Below are positions 56,330 to 64,000 of a DNA stretch of 64,000 nt, one piece after another (within the stretch, counting starts at the first letter, position 1; each line of letters begins with the position of its first letter). A program made the position numbers and the translations under genes. The stretch is from positions 359,819 through 423,818 of the forward strand of contig JAOZHO010000037.1 in assembly GCA_026014875.1 (NCBI GenBank), in the 5' to 3' direction. The notes under the pieces were generated by a model. The model did no database searches. It was given only the letters and a program-made list of their open reading frames with translations, and had not been told where the DNA came from. Source of the DNA: Candidatus Bathyarchaeota archaeon. Lineage in GTDB: Archaea > Thermoproteota > Bathyarchaeia > TCS64.

Positions 56330-56520
56330 ACCCCCCGAGCAAACCAGTAGCTATTCAGTAGCAAAACAGTTGCAAACAACACCCGAAAGCAGACAGAAAA
56401 CAACCCCAAAACCAAAATAAACCCCTAAAAACAAGCCAAAAACCACACTCCATAACAAAATATTTTTTCCAGTGCATAAGCCCTCACACTAGACCAGGGT
56501 TTAATACGCCCTACCCCCAG
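56330..56520. other. A/C-rich, strand-biased low-complexity tract without coding potential
   Basis: About 80% A+C on the plus strand (e.g. aaccccaaaaccaaaataaacccctaaaaacaagccaaaaaccacac); only spurious ORFs. Confidence 0.5.
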
Positions 56521-56631
56521 GTGCCAACGACGGCCGAATCAGAGCAGCACCACACCTACACGAAGGAATCCAGAGGCTGCAATAGATGCACCCTCGACGG
56601 GAACCCCAACCGCAAGTTCAAGAAGATGCCG

Positions 56632-57015
56632 TCAAGCATCCGTTGCCCAATGGCCGTGGAGGTTGCAGAACTCCCTGGCCCCAAGGACCTTCTCGCCCGT
56701 GGTGAAGGCTGCCACCGGCTTCTCCCCCGGGTTCAGGAACCTGCGCAGGACGCCGTCCTCGGTGTCCAAGGCGATCCACTCGATCCAGTGACCCTCCATC
56801 ATGGGGTGATCAACGCTCCCCACATTCACCGAGTAAGTGTCGCCACTCCTCTCGATGACGGGAAGATGCTTCTCATAGCCCCCCTCCTCGGTGCGCTTAG
56901 CCACGAGGAGAATCATAGGCTGGTTGCAACAGACCAGCTGCCCCACGCCAGTGTGGAGGACCTCCACTATGTTGCCGCAGACCTCACACTTCCAGACCTG
57001 ACTTCTCTCAGTCAT
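56632..57015 (-). CDS. dfx: desulfoferrodoxin (2Fe superoxide reductase)
   Basis: N-terminal desulforedoxin-like CEVCGN...GQLVCC plus the C-terminal neelaredoxin His/Cys site (HWIEW ... CNLHGHW). Confidence 0.85.
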   Translation of the reverse strand: MTERSQVWKCEVCGNIVEVLHTGVGQLVCCNQPMILLVAKRTEEGGYEKHLPVIERSGDTYSVNVGSVDHPMMEGHWIEWIALDTEDGVLRRFLNPGEKPVAAFTTGEKVLGAREFCNLHGHWATDA

Positions 57016-57143
57016 ATCAACCAGTGGAGGAAAGCCAACCGCGTTATATAATTGTTAACAGTTAAGAGAGTAAGATCAAACCTAGCTAGACGATACGGTA
57101 TCGATGCGAATCACGCATCTTCTCGGTTATAACCAAAAAGCCA

Positions 57144-57320
57144 TCATTTGCTGCTATCAACATAGGGGCTGATGCTGATGCCACCACTCGCAAAGACCAG
57201 CTTCCGATTGCACTTGGGGCAGCGCCCATCAAATTTCTTGATGATGTCTTGAGGGGACTTCAGTATGTCTCCCTCGTAGAGAAGATGGTTGCACTCGGCG
57301 CAGGTCACTTTCTGTGGCAT
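57144..57320 (-). CDS. small C4 zinc-ribbon protein
   Basis: 58-aa ORF below the track threshold: MPQKVTCAECNHLLYEGDILKSPQDIIKKFDGRCPKCNRKLVFASGGISISPYVDSSK; two CxxC pairs. Confidence 0.4.
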   Translation of the reverse strand: MPQKVTCAECNHLLYEGDILKSPQDIIKKFDGRCPKCNRKLVFASGGISISPYVDSSK

Positions 57321-57486
57321 TTATACGTCCCGGATATCAAGCGAGAGACCTACATTAAAGGGTTCTTAACACAAGGTCTGGAATAAGGATACTTGAAAAA
57401 CCCATATATCTTGGAGGTTACATGTTAACATCCTTGAAAGGAGGCAGCGAGCGATCCCATCCATCGGTGAACGGCTTAACAGATTC

Positions 57487-57870
57487 TTGGACGGCTTCAG
57501 CAAGGGAAAACGAGGGTTACCGAGGATCTCCCCCACGGTCGTGTCAATCCTCATGATCCTGTTCACAGCCTTCATCGCCGGCGGCGGCATCTACGACCTC
57601 CTAGACAACCCCCCCTCCTTATACCCCGTGGGCACCAGGTGGGTGGCAGTCCACCCCTACCAAGGGGAGCAGACAATAAACGAGAGCATCGTGAGCATGA
57701 CCCTCACCCTCTTCATGGTGGGAGGGCTCATAGTCTCATACAAAAGCGCCAAGGTATCAAACGACTCCAAGAGAGCCAACACGATGCTCATCATCGGCAT
57801 CTCCCTGATCCTCATGGGCCTCGCGGGAAGCCACTACCTCCTCATACTCAAGAGGACTATCGGGCGCTAG
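57487..57870 (+). CDS. small membrane protein (3 TM) of unknown function
   Basis: Hydrophobic segments; no motif recognised. Confidence 0.5.
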   Translation: MDGFSKGKRGLPRISPTVVSILMILFTAFIAGGGIYDLLDNPPSLYPVGTRWVAVHPYQGEQTINESIVSMTLTLFMVGGLIVSYKSAKVSNDSKRANTMLIIGISLILMGLAGSHYLLILKRTIGR

Positions 57871-57918
57871 GCAAAAAGGTTTAACGACTGGAACCGGAAT
57901 TATTCCCCGGTGTAACCT

Positions 57919-58803
57919 TTGAAAAAGATTGGATTCATAGGGCTGGGTCTCATGGGCCGAGGGATGTCCATGAACCTGGTGAAGGCCGGATTCCCCGTCA
58001 CGGTCTGGAACAGGACCGCCTCAAAGATGGACCCCCTGGTCGAGGCCGGGGCGAAAGCCGCAGCCTCCCCCAAGGAGGTCGCCGCAGCTTCCGATATCAT
58101 AGTGAGCATCGTGACCGACTCCAGCGACGTAGAGGCGGTGATACTAGGCTCCGAAGGCGCGATCCACGGGACGAGCCCAGGAGACATCGTGATAGACATG
58201 AGCACCATCTCCCCGGCAGTGACAAAGAGCATCAACGATAAGCTCGGGGCAAAGGGAGTGAAGATGCTCGACGCCCCGGTGAGCGGCGGCTCCATCGGGG
58301 CCCGGGACGGGACCCTCAGCATCATGGTGGGGGGCGACGACGAGACATTCAAAGAGTGCCTCCCCATATTCGAGGCCATGGGGAAGACCATAACCCACGT
58401 CGGCGGAAACGGGATGGGCCAGACGGTCAAGCTCGTCAACCAGATCCTCGTGGGAACCTCAATGCTCGGGGTCGCAGAGGCTTTGATGTTCGCTAAAAAG
58501 TGTGGAGTGGACCTCGAGAAGTGCCACGCCGCTGTTTCCGGAGGGGCCGCAGGGAGCTGGCAGCTCACCAATAACGGGGCGAGGCTGCTGAAGGGTGATA
58601 TGGAGCCCGGGTTCAAGATCAAGGACTATCTGAAGGATCTGAGGCTCATCATGGAGGCCGCCGCTGACGTGAAGATGCCCCTAGTGGAGACCTCAGTGGT
58701 TCAGCAGATGTACAAGAGCCTTGAGGCGGAGGGCCTCACCCAGAAGGGCACCCAGGCCGTCATCAAGGCGGTCGAGAAGCTCGCAGGGGAGACCCTCGTC
58801 TAA
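57919..58803 (+). CDS. NAD(P)-dependent beta-hydroxyacid dehydrogenase (3-hydroxyisobutyrate/2-hydroxy-3-oxopropionate reductase family)
   Basis: GFIGLGLMG Rossmann motif and family match. TTG start at 57919 is required to include the dinucleotide fold. Confidence 0.85.
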   Translation: MKKIGFIGLGLMGRGMSMNLVKAGFPVTVWNRTASKMDPLVEAGAKAAASPKEVAAASDIIVSIVTDSSDVEAVILGSEGAIHGTSPGDIVIDMSTISPAVTKSINDKLGAKGVKMLDAPVSGGSIGARDGTLSIMVGGDDETFKECLPIFEAMGKTITHVGGNGMGQTVKLVNQILVGTSMLGVAEALMFAKKCGVDLEKCHAAVSGGAAGSWQLTNNGARLLKGDMEPGFKIKDYLKDLRLIMEAAADVKMPLVETSVVQQMYKSLEAEGLTQKGTQAVIKAVEKLAGETLV

Positions 58804-58830
58804 CCCCCCTTTTCTCAGTGGAGCGGAAGG

Positions 58831-59586
58831 ATGGAACCCACCAAAGCTTTGGTCCGGGAACCGGGCGACACCTATACCAGTTGCATCTCGTCCCACCCAC
58901 AACACCACACCGTGGACCTGAACAAGGCAAGAGCACAGCACGCCAGATACTGTGACGTACTTGCAGACCTCGGGCTAGAAGTGATACGCGTCCCCCGGGA
59001 CGACCAACACCCGGACGCCTGCTTCGTCGAGGACAACGCCGTGGTACTCGGAGACAAGGCTCTCATCTGCAGAATGGCCAAGGAAAGCAGGCGAGGCGAG
59101 CAGCCTGGAGTGGCCGCAGTCCTCGAGGAATACGTAAAGATCAAGTGGGCTGAGGCCCCCGCTACCATCGAGGGGGGCGACGTGGTTCATCTGGGGGATC
59201 GCCTCATCAGCGGAGTCACGGAAAGAACGAACCTCGAAGGCGTGTCCCAGCTGAGGGACTGGCTGGGGGTCAGGGTAGACACCATCGACGACCCGGGTAT
59301 AATGCATCTAAAGAGCTACGTCACCAGCCTCGGAGGAGGCAGGGTGATCGCGACCAAGACATACGCGAGGCATCCAGCCCTCGAGGGGCTGGAGGTTCTA
59401 GTGATCCCAGAGGAGGAGGAGTACGCGGCGGACACCCTGACTGTAGGAGACACGGTACTGATGCCAGCAGGATACCCCCGCTCCCACGAGATGGTGAGAG
59501 CAGCGGGTTACGAGGTCATCCCCATGGACGTGGGAGAGATCGAAAAGTGTGACGGGGCGCTGACCTGCCTCTCCATCCTTTTTTAG
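58831..59586 (+). CDS. dimethylarginine dimethylaminohydrolase (DDAH)-like amidinotransferase-superfamily enzyme
   Basis: Pentein fold with the C-terminal catalytic Cys in ...CDGALTCLSILF. Confidence 0.75.
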   Translation: MEPTKALVREPGDTYTSCISSHPQHHTVDLNKARAQHARYCDVLADLGLEVIRVPRDDQHPDACFVEDNAVVLGDKALICRMAKESRRGEQPGVAAVLEEYVKIKWAEAPATIEGGDVVHLGDRLISGVTERTNLEGVSQLRDWLGVRVDTIDDPGIMHLKSYVTSLGGGRVIATKTYARHPALEGLEVLVIPEEEEYAADTLTVGDTVLMPAGYPRSHEMVRAAGYEVIPMDVGEIEKCDGALTCLSILF

Positions 59587-60092
59587 ATATCCGCTGCGCG
59601 CGCAGGAGCAGACGGGGGCTCCGGCACCTTCGCCTCTTTCCGGGCCTCTAGATAAGCGAACACCGCCTCGACCATCCTAAGAGCGACGGTGAGAGCGGTC
59701 AGCTGCACCAAGAACCTGAAGTCGAGGGTGATAGCGTTGACGCTCCCCTGGACCTCCACCGTCATCGAGGTCAGCCCCAGATTCCCCAGCTCCTCGAGCT
59801 TCCCGAAACTCAGCGTGACTACCGTGAAGGCGAATGTAAGTCCGCTTGAGGCGAGAGCGGCGAGGAGATAGATGGGCGAGGAGGGGGCAACGAAACCCTT
59901 CACGAGGGTCAGCGCGGCGACGGCCACGCCCATGATAGCGAGCTGGTTGACGAAGGACGGGACATCGATCCCCGTCCGGGCCAACGTCTCTATGTATGAG
60001 GGGGGCAGATATTGTGGAGCCATTAATGGTATAACGGTGAAGAGGAGGAGCGTGATCGCAGCGGAGACCAGTGCGCCCGTCCTATTACTCAT
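59583..60092 (-). CDS. polytopic membrane protein of unknown function
   Basis: 4 TM; 4-bp overlap with the upstream gene. Confidence 0.5.
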   Translation of the reverse strand: MSNRTGALVSAAITLLLFTVIPLMAPQYLPPSYIETLARTGIDVPSFVNQLAIMGVAVAALTLVKGFVAPSSPIYLLAALASSGLTFAFTVVTLSFGKLEELGNLGLTSMTVEVQGSVNAITLDFRFLVQLTALTVALRMVEAVFAYLEARKEAKVPEPPSAPARAADI

Positions 60093-60547
60093 CCTTGAAC
60101 CCCCTGAGGAATGGTGATGGTGTCAGAAATTCCAACGAGGTCGAACAAAGTTCTGAGACCCAAGAACAGCTCAATGGAGCTCTCGCCCCCAAGCGCTATC
60201 CTCTCATAATCTTCCCGAGAGACCTCCAAGACCAGAGAGATAGTCTCGTAGCTCCCCGGGGCAAGTGCCGCTGAGGAGGAATCGCTCGCAACTGCCACGC
60301 CGTCACCGTCCAGTAGTTTGAGCCCTAGTGTGATGTCAGCGTCGAGATAACCTGTGTTCTGGGGAGTCACCTCGAGTCGGAGGGAACCTACGCCTGTTGT
60401 TTCGTCAAAGTCCATCTCAAAACCGAGGCCTCCACTGAATGTGGACGAGAGGACGCCGTAGATGCTGTATATGGAGAGCCCGAACGCCGCTAGGGAGACG
60501 ATCTGAGTGATCATTATCAGTAGAGCGATTATTTTAGTGGTTTTCAA
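60089..60547 (-). CDS. N-terminally membrane-anchored protein with beta-rich extracytoplasmic domain, function unknown
   Basis: Single N-terminal TM followed by a Gly/Ser/Thr/Asp-rich domain. Confidence 0.5.
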   Translation of the reverse strand: MKTTKIIALLIMITQIVSLAAFGLSIYSIYGVLSSTFSGGLGFEMDFDETTGVGSLRLEVTPQNTGYLDADITLGLKLLDGDGVAVASDSSSAALAPGSYETISLVLEVSREDYERIALGGESSIELFLGLRTLFDLVGISDTITIPQGVQG

Positions 60548-60696
60548 ATAAATCCCTTGAATTGACCCTGACCTCGCCGGATTAAAGCATGATGGTCGGG
60601 GCTCTTCCGCTCCGAACTCTCAATGAGCATGGAACATGGATTCCCATGATAGCTGCCGCTATGTTGAAAGAAGGAAAAAAGTATTCGCCCTCCGAC

Positions 60697-60915
60697 TTAC
60701 TCAGTCGGGGCGTAGTAGCATCTCTTGGGGGAGTGGATCTTCCCTTCTTTCTTGAGGACCTTGATGGCCTTGGAGACCTCTTTGCTCTCGATCCCCAGAG
60801 CCTTGGCGACCTCGCCGGGGCGCACGGGCTTCCCGGCGTCCTTCATGGCCTGAAGAACCGCTTCAACTTGCTCACTCATCGAATCACCTTGATTATGTGC
60901 AAAAGGTAAGGTCAA
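60697..60915 (-). CDS. small winged-helix DNA-binding protein
   Basis: PVRPGEVAKALGIESKEVSKAIKVLKKEGKI is a typical wHTH; probable start at the internal MSEQ (60879). Confidence 0.5.
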   Translation of the reverse strand: MTLPFAHNQGDSMSEQVEAVLQAMKDAGKPVRPGEVAKALGIESKEVSKAIKVLKKEGKIHSPKRCYYAPTE

Positions 60916-60975
60916 ATGAGTTATTAATAAACTTCCAGTCAGGCGATCGGTTATCTACTGAAAAAGAAAAGGGGG

Positions 60976-62751
60976 TTAGGGGGTCCTTCTGAGGACCCGG
61001 CCAGGGGTTGCTCCTGTGTGCTTGCCTTTCTCGACCACTACTTCGCCGTTCACGAACACGTAATCGATGCCCTCGGGATGTCTCCGGGTCTCGATCTCGT
61101 CGCTGAGGATCTTCAGTTTCGGGAGGTCCATCAGGACGATGTCCGCGTATCCGCCCTCTTTGAGAACCCCTCGGCCCTCGAGGTTATGGACCCTCGCTGG
61201 AAGCGTCGAGGTCTTCTGCACAGCCTCCTCCAGGGTGAAGAGGCTGCCGTCCCTGACGTATTTGATGTAGAACATCGGGTAGGCGCTGAAGGTGTTGATG
61301 CCGGGGATGCTGTAGGGAGGATTCTTGGACTGCCACTCGGTGTCAAAGACGCCTGTGTCGAGGCCCACCATGCCCTTGGGGTGAGTCCAATAGTGGAGGT
61401 AGGGGGTTCTCGGCCCCATCGAGCCTGTGGCTCCCCGTGTGAAGGGGTCCTCGCCGATGATATCGAAGTAGGTGTCCCAAGGATCAGCATCCCGCTCCCC
61501 TGCGATCTCGGCTATGGTCTTACCGTCAATGTCAGGCACCTCGCTCTTCAAGACCATGATGTTCTCCGCCCATCGGGGAGCGGTGTTTGGGTTGTAGGCG
61601 ACCCTGATGAACCACTTCCCGGTCCGGATGGCTTCCTTCACCTCCTCCCGGAAATCCTTCACCTTGAGCCATTTCCCGAGGCCCTCGAGGCCACCGAGCT
61701 CCCTGAGCCAGGGAGCGTAAAGGGATGCGAGATAGGGCATCGTGGCGAATCCGCTCCTCGTCAGCTGGGGTATCGCGTCCCAGGTGATGTCGAGCTCGGA
61801 CTTGGAGTCGGCGGTGATCATGTTGAGGGTAGTCTTAACGTTGGCCTCCTCGAGCTCATCGGGCGCCGAGGGGTGGATCTGCCATCCCGTCGATATGTGG
61901 GCGTAGTGGAGGCGGACCCCGGTCTTCTGGTGAACATCGACGCACTCCATGAGGGCGGTGATCTTCTCGTTGGGGACGTGGCCAGCGGAGACGCCCCTCC
62001 TCCGGCCCGTGCGCCTCCAATGGGGGCAGTAGACTCCCTCGTAGTCCTTGAGCACAGTGACCCCGTCGATGATCTCCTCGTGCGCTGCGTATACGTCGGG
62101 GTCGTAGTCGAGACCTGTGCTCATCCCGAGGCAGCCCTGCTTCATCGCCTCGTGGATGAGATCCCTCATCTCGGCCCATTCCTCCTTCGTGCTGTGGCGC
62201 TTGTAGTCGAGGCCCATCACTTTGGTCCTGACGGTGCCGTGGCCCACGAGGGGGGCGTAGTTCATCGAGACGCCGACCGCCTCAACCTTCTTGAAGTATC
62301 CCGCCATGTCTTCCCAGTCCAGGGTCCAGCCGTAGATCTCTGCCATCCATTCGTTTGCCTGCTCCAGTGGGTAGTAGGGCTGCTTCGGGTAGAACTTGAA
62401 AGGATCGAGGTCGGGGAGGCGATCCATTAGAGGCCAGGGCAGCCTGATGTGCTCACCGAGGGGTGCGGGCGACCCCCCGCATTGCCCACCCACGAAGGTG
62501 GTGACCCCCTGCATGATGTAACTCTCAGCCTTGGGGAACCAGAGAAGGGTCCAGTCAGCGTGGCTGTGAGCGTCAATGAAGCCAGGCGTAGCGGTGAGAC
62601 CCTTCGCATCTACCATCCTTTTAGCGTCGCCCTTGACATCGCCCAAGGCGACTACCTTGTCTCCCTGGACTCCAACGGAGCCTTCGTATGCCTTCTTTCC
62701 CGTTCCATCCACTATGTTTGCATTTTTGATGAGAACGTCGTATTCTACCAT
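60976..62751 (-). CDS. N-acyl-D-amino-acid deacylase (D-aminoacylase) family amidohydrolase, second paralogue
   Basis: Paralogue of 48474..50246 (IKNANIVDGTG ... PGFIDAHSHAD). Confidence 0.8.
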   Translation of the reverse strand: MVEYDVLIKNANIVDGTGKKAYEGSVGVQGDKVVALGDVKGDAKRMVDAKGLTATPGFIDAHSHADWTLLWFPKAESYIMQGVTTFVGGQCGGSPAPLGEHIRLPWPLMDRLPDLDPFKFYPKQPYYPLEQANEWMAEIYGWTLDWEDMAGYFKKVEAVGVSMNYAPLVGHGTVRTKVMGLDYKRHSTKEEWAEMRDLIHEAMKQGCLGMSTGLDYDPDVYAAHEEIIDGVTVLKDYEGVYCPHWRRTGRRRGVSAGHVPNEKITALMECVDVHQKTGVRLHYAHISTGWQIHPSAPDELEEANVKTTLNMITADSKSELDITWDAIPQLTRSGFATMPYLASLYAPWLRELGGLEGLGKWLKVKDFREEVKEAIRTGKWFIRVAYNPNTAPRWAENIMVLKSEVPDIDGKTIAEIAGERDADPWDTYFDIIGEDPFTRGATGSMGPRTPYLHYWTHPKGMVGLDTGVFDTEWQSKNPPYSIPGINTFSAYPMFYIKYVRDGSLFTLEEAVQKTSTLPARVHNLEGRGVLKEGGYADIVLMDLPKLKILSDEIETRRHPEGIDYVFVNGEVVVEKGKHTGATPGRVLRRTP

Positions 62752-62870
62752 TTGATCTCAATTAGGAGATTCCCCTTTAGACGATTTAACAATGTTTCTT
62801 GACAATTGGGGTCAAAGGGCTAGAGGAACTATCAGAAGCGTGCAGCAGGATCCGTGTGTCAGTGAGCTTT

Positions 62871-63251
62871 TCAGAAGCCGTTCCTTTCCTTGAGCTCTTC
62901 ACGATAGATCTTTTTGTAGACAGCTTCCCACTTATCGTCCTGAAGCTTCTCCGATATCTCCCTCATGATGTCTCTGAACGCCTTTTTCTGGGCCTCGTCC
63001 TCGTATTTGTAGTATATCCTGGAGAGGTCAGCCCACACCTCCTCCTTGACCTCGTCTGGGTCTACCTCGGAGGAGGGGAGGATCTTTGAGATCATCTCCC
63101 GGATCGCCCCTTTCAGGGCGTCCAAGGGTTCTGATGTGGTCATTGTCTTACCTTTTCGGGTCTCGGGGCTTCGATTTAAGGGTTTATCATTATCGTTGAG
63201 GATATTATGTAGCGATTTCAGTTTTCTTTGTCCCATCTGGGAAAGTATCAT
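62871..63251 (-). CDS. hypothetical helical protein
   Basis: Charged, helical, lower GC (about 48%); start possibly at the internal MTTSEPLD. Confidence 0.4.
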   Translation of the reverse strand: MILSQMGQRKLKSLHNILNDNDKPLNRSPETRKGKTMTTSEPLDALKGAIREMISKILPSSEVDPDEVKEEVWADLSRIYYKYEDEAQKKAFRDIMREISEKLQDDKWEAVYKKIYREELKERNGF

Positions 63252-63374
63252 CTATTTTACGGCATCTTGATTTTATTTTAATGCTCTTTGTTCCGTCTAG
63301 TGTTCAAATCAAGCCCCGAGGAGCAGAAAGAAGCTTTTAACCTCACTGTCCGTATGCATCTGGGATCGCCGCTA

Positions 63375-64000
63375 TGAAGGTTAAGGGGAGGACGATCATC
63401 GCCCTGCTGGAGGAGGAATACCCTGAGACGACGGGGACCTCCCTCAACTGGCGGACCCCCCTCGAACTCCTCGTGGCCACCATCCTCTCCGCCCAGAGCA
63501 CCGATGAGCAGATCAACAAGGTCACCTCCAGCATCTTCGAGAAATACAGGTCCGCAGCTGACTATGCTTACGCATCGCGAGAGCAACTCGAGAACGATGT
63601 CAGGTCATCGGGATTCTTCAGGAGGAAAGCGGACGCCATCCAGGAGACTTGCAGGGTCATCGCGGAGGAGCACGGGGGCGAGGTTCCATCCACGATGGAT
63701 GAGCTCACGAATCTGAAGGGTGTGGCGAGGAAGACCGCAAACGTTGTGCTCGGGCACGCGTTCGGCATCATAGAGGGCATCGCGGTGGACACCCACGTCT
63801 GGCGCCTCAGCCACAGGCTCGGGCTCAGCGATGAGAAGAACCGGGACAAGATCGAGAGGACCCTCATGGAGGTCTTCCCCCGGGAGAAATGGCTCGCCGT
63901 GAACTATCTCCTCATCGAGCACGGCAGAAGGGTCTGTGTCGCCAAGAAGCCGGACTGTGGGGCATGCGTCTTCGTCGAGCTATGTCCCTCGGCGTTCACC
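63375..64000 (+). CDS. nth: endonuclease III (Nth), C-terminus runs off the window end (partial)
   Basis: HhH-GPD motif (LKGVARKTANVVL) and the start of the C-terminal 4Fe-4S loop (CVAKKPDCGAC). No stop within the window. Confidence 0.85.

Noticed and set aside
55925-56420. Track ORFs 55925..56197 and 56031..56420 (90 and 129 aa)
   Set aside because: They traverse the decayed ABC/TIGR04076 fragments and the A/C-rich tract in shifted frames, with Pro/Arg/Thr-rich translations. Treated as pseudogene debris rather than genes.
1-64000. tRNA/rRNA genes, CRISPR arrays, integrases or transposases
   Set aside because: I scanned every intergenic gap over 80 bp for cloverleaf hallmarks (GTTCGAATC-type T-loops, acceptor-stem pairing) and repeat arrays. 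None found. No recombinase-like ORF is present in or near either low-GC island.

Overview
High-GC (about 62%) archaeal chromosome segment, probably euryarchaeal or Thermoplasmatota-like judging from archaeal ribosomal proteins L13e, L31e, L39e, LX and S19e, aIF-1A, Spt5 and the archaeal CoA pathway. Many genes carry GGAGG-type Shine-Dalgarno sequences and some start with TTG or GTG. The window is densely coding on both strands. Left to right it holds: a partial M14 carboxypeptidase; a BMP-family nucleoside ABC transporter (binding protein, double-NBD ATPase, two permeases) with a nucleoside phosphorylase; several regulators (stand-alone RAM domain, DtxR-FeoA, Lrp/AsnC) and a stand-alone class II glutamine amidotransferase; the ilvB-ilvN-ilvC operon with a structured leader; threonine synthase and an archaeal CoA cluster (phosphopantothenate synthetase, panB, pantoate kinase); a decayed 2-hydroxyacid dehydrogenase remnant; two rearranged ribosomal/translation clusters (L13e-S9-L13-aIF1A-L10-L1-L11-Spt5, and S19e-PDCD5-L39e-L31e-LX-pfdA-ftsY-secE) with L12 relocated; redox proteins (AfpA-like flavoprotein, Isf, rubredoxin, desulfoferrodoxin); a QueG-family Fe-S protein; and formamidase. 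Then comes a conspicuous low-GC islet encoding a short bacterial-type alanyl-tRNA synthetase right next to the native archaeal LeuRS, followed by a large peptidase/amidohydrolase supercluster (M24, M20, ATC hydrolase, MlrC/M81, two D-aminoacylases, a large M14, DDAH, HIBADH). A second low-GC island of about 2.9 kb (membrane protein + wHTH regulator + surface-anchored serine hydrolase) is flanked by about 245-bp imperfect direct repeats that duplicate the 3' end of a TIGR04076-family gene; beside it lie gene-fragment debris and an A/C-rich tract. The window ends in a partial endonuclease III. I found no tRNA, rRNA, CRISPR array, integrase or transposase. Several real genes shorter than 60 codons are absent from the ORF track (secE, L39e, rubredoxin, a zinc-ribbon protein). 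The best candidates for something new are the short bacterial-type AlaRS islet and the repeat-flanked low-GC island with its nested palindromic operator.
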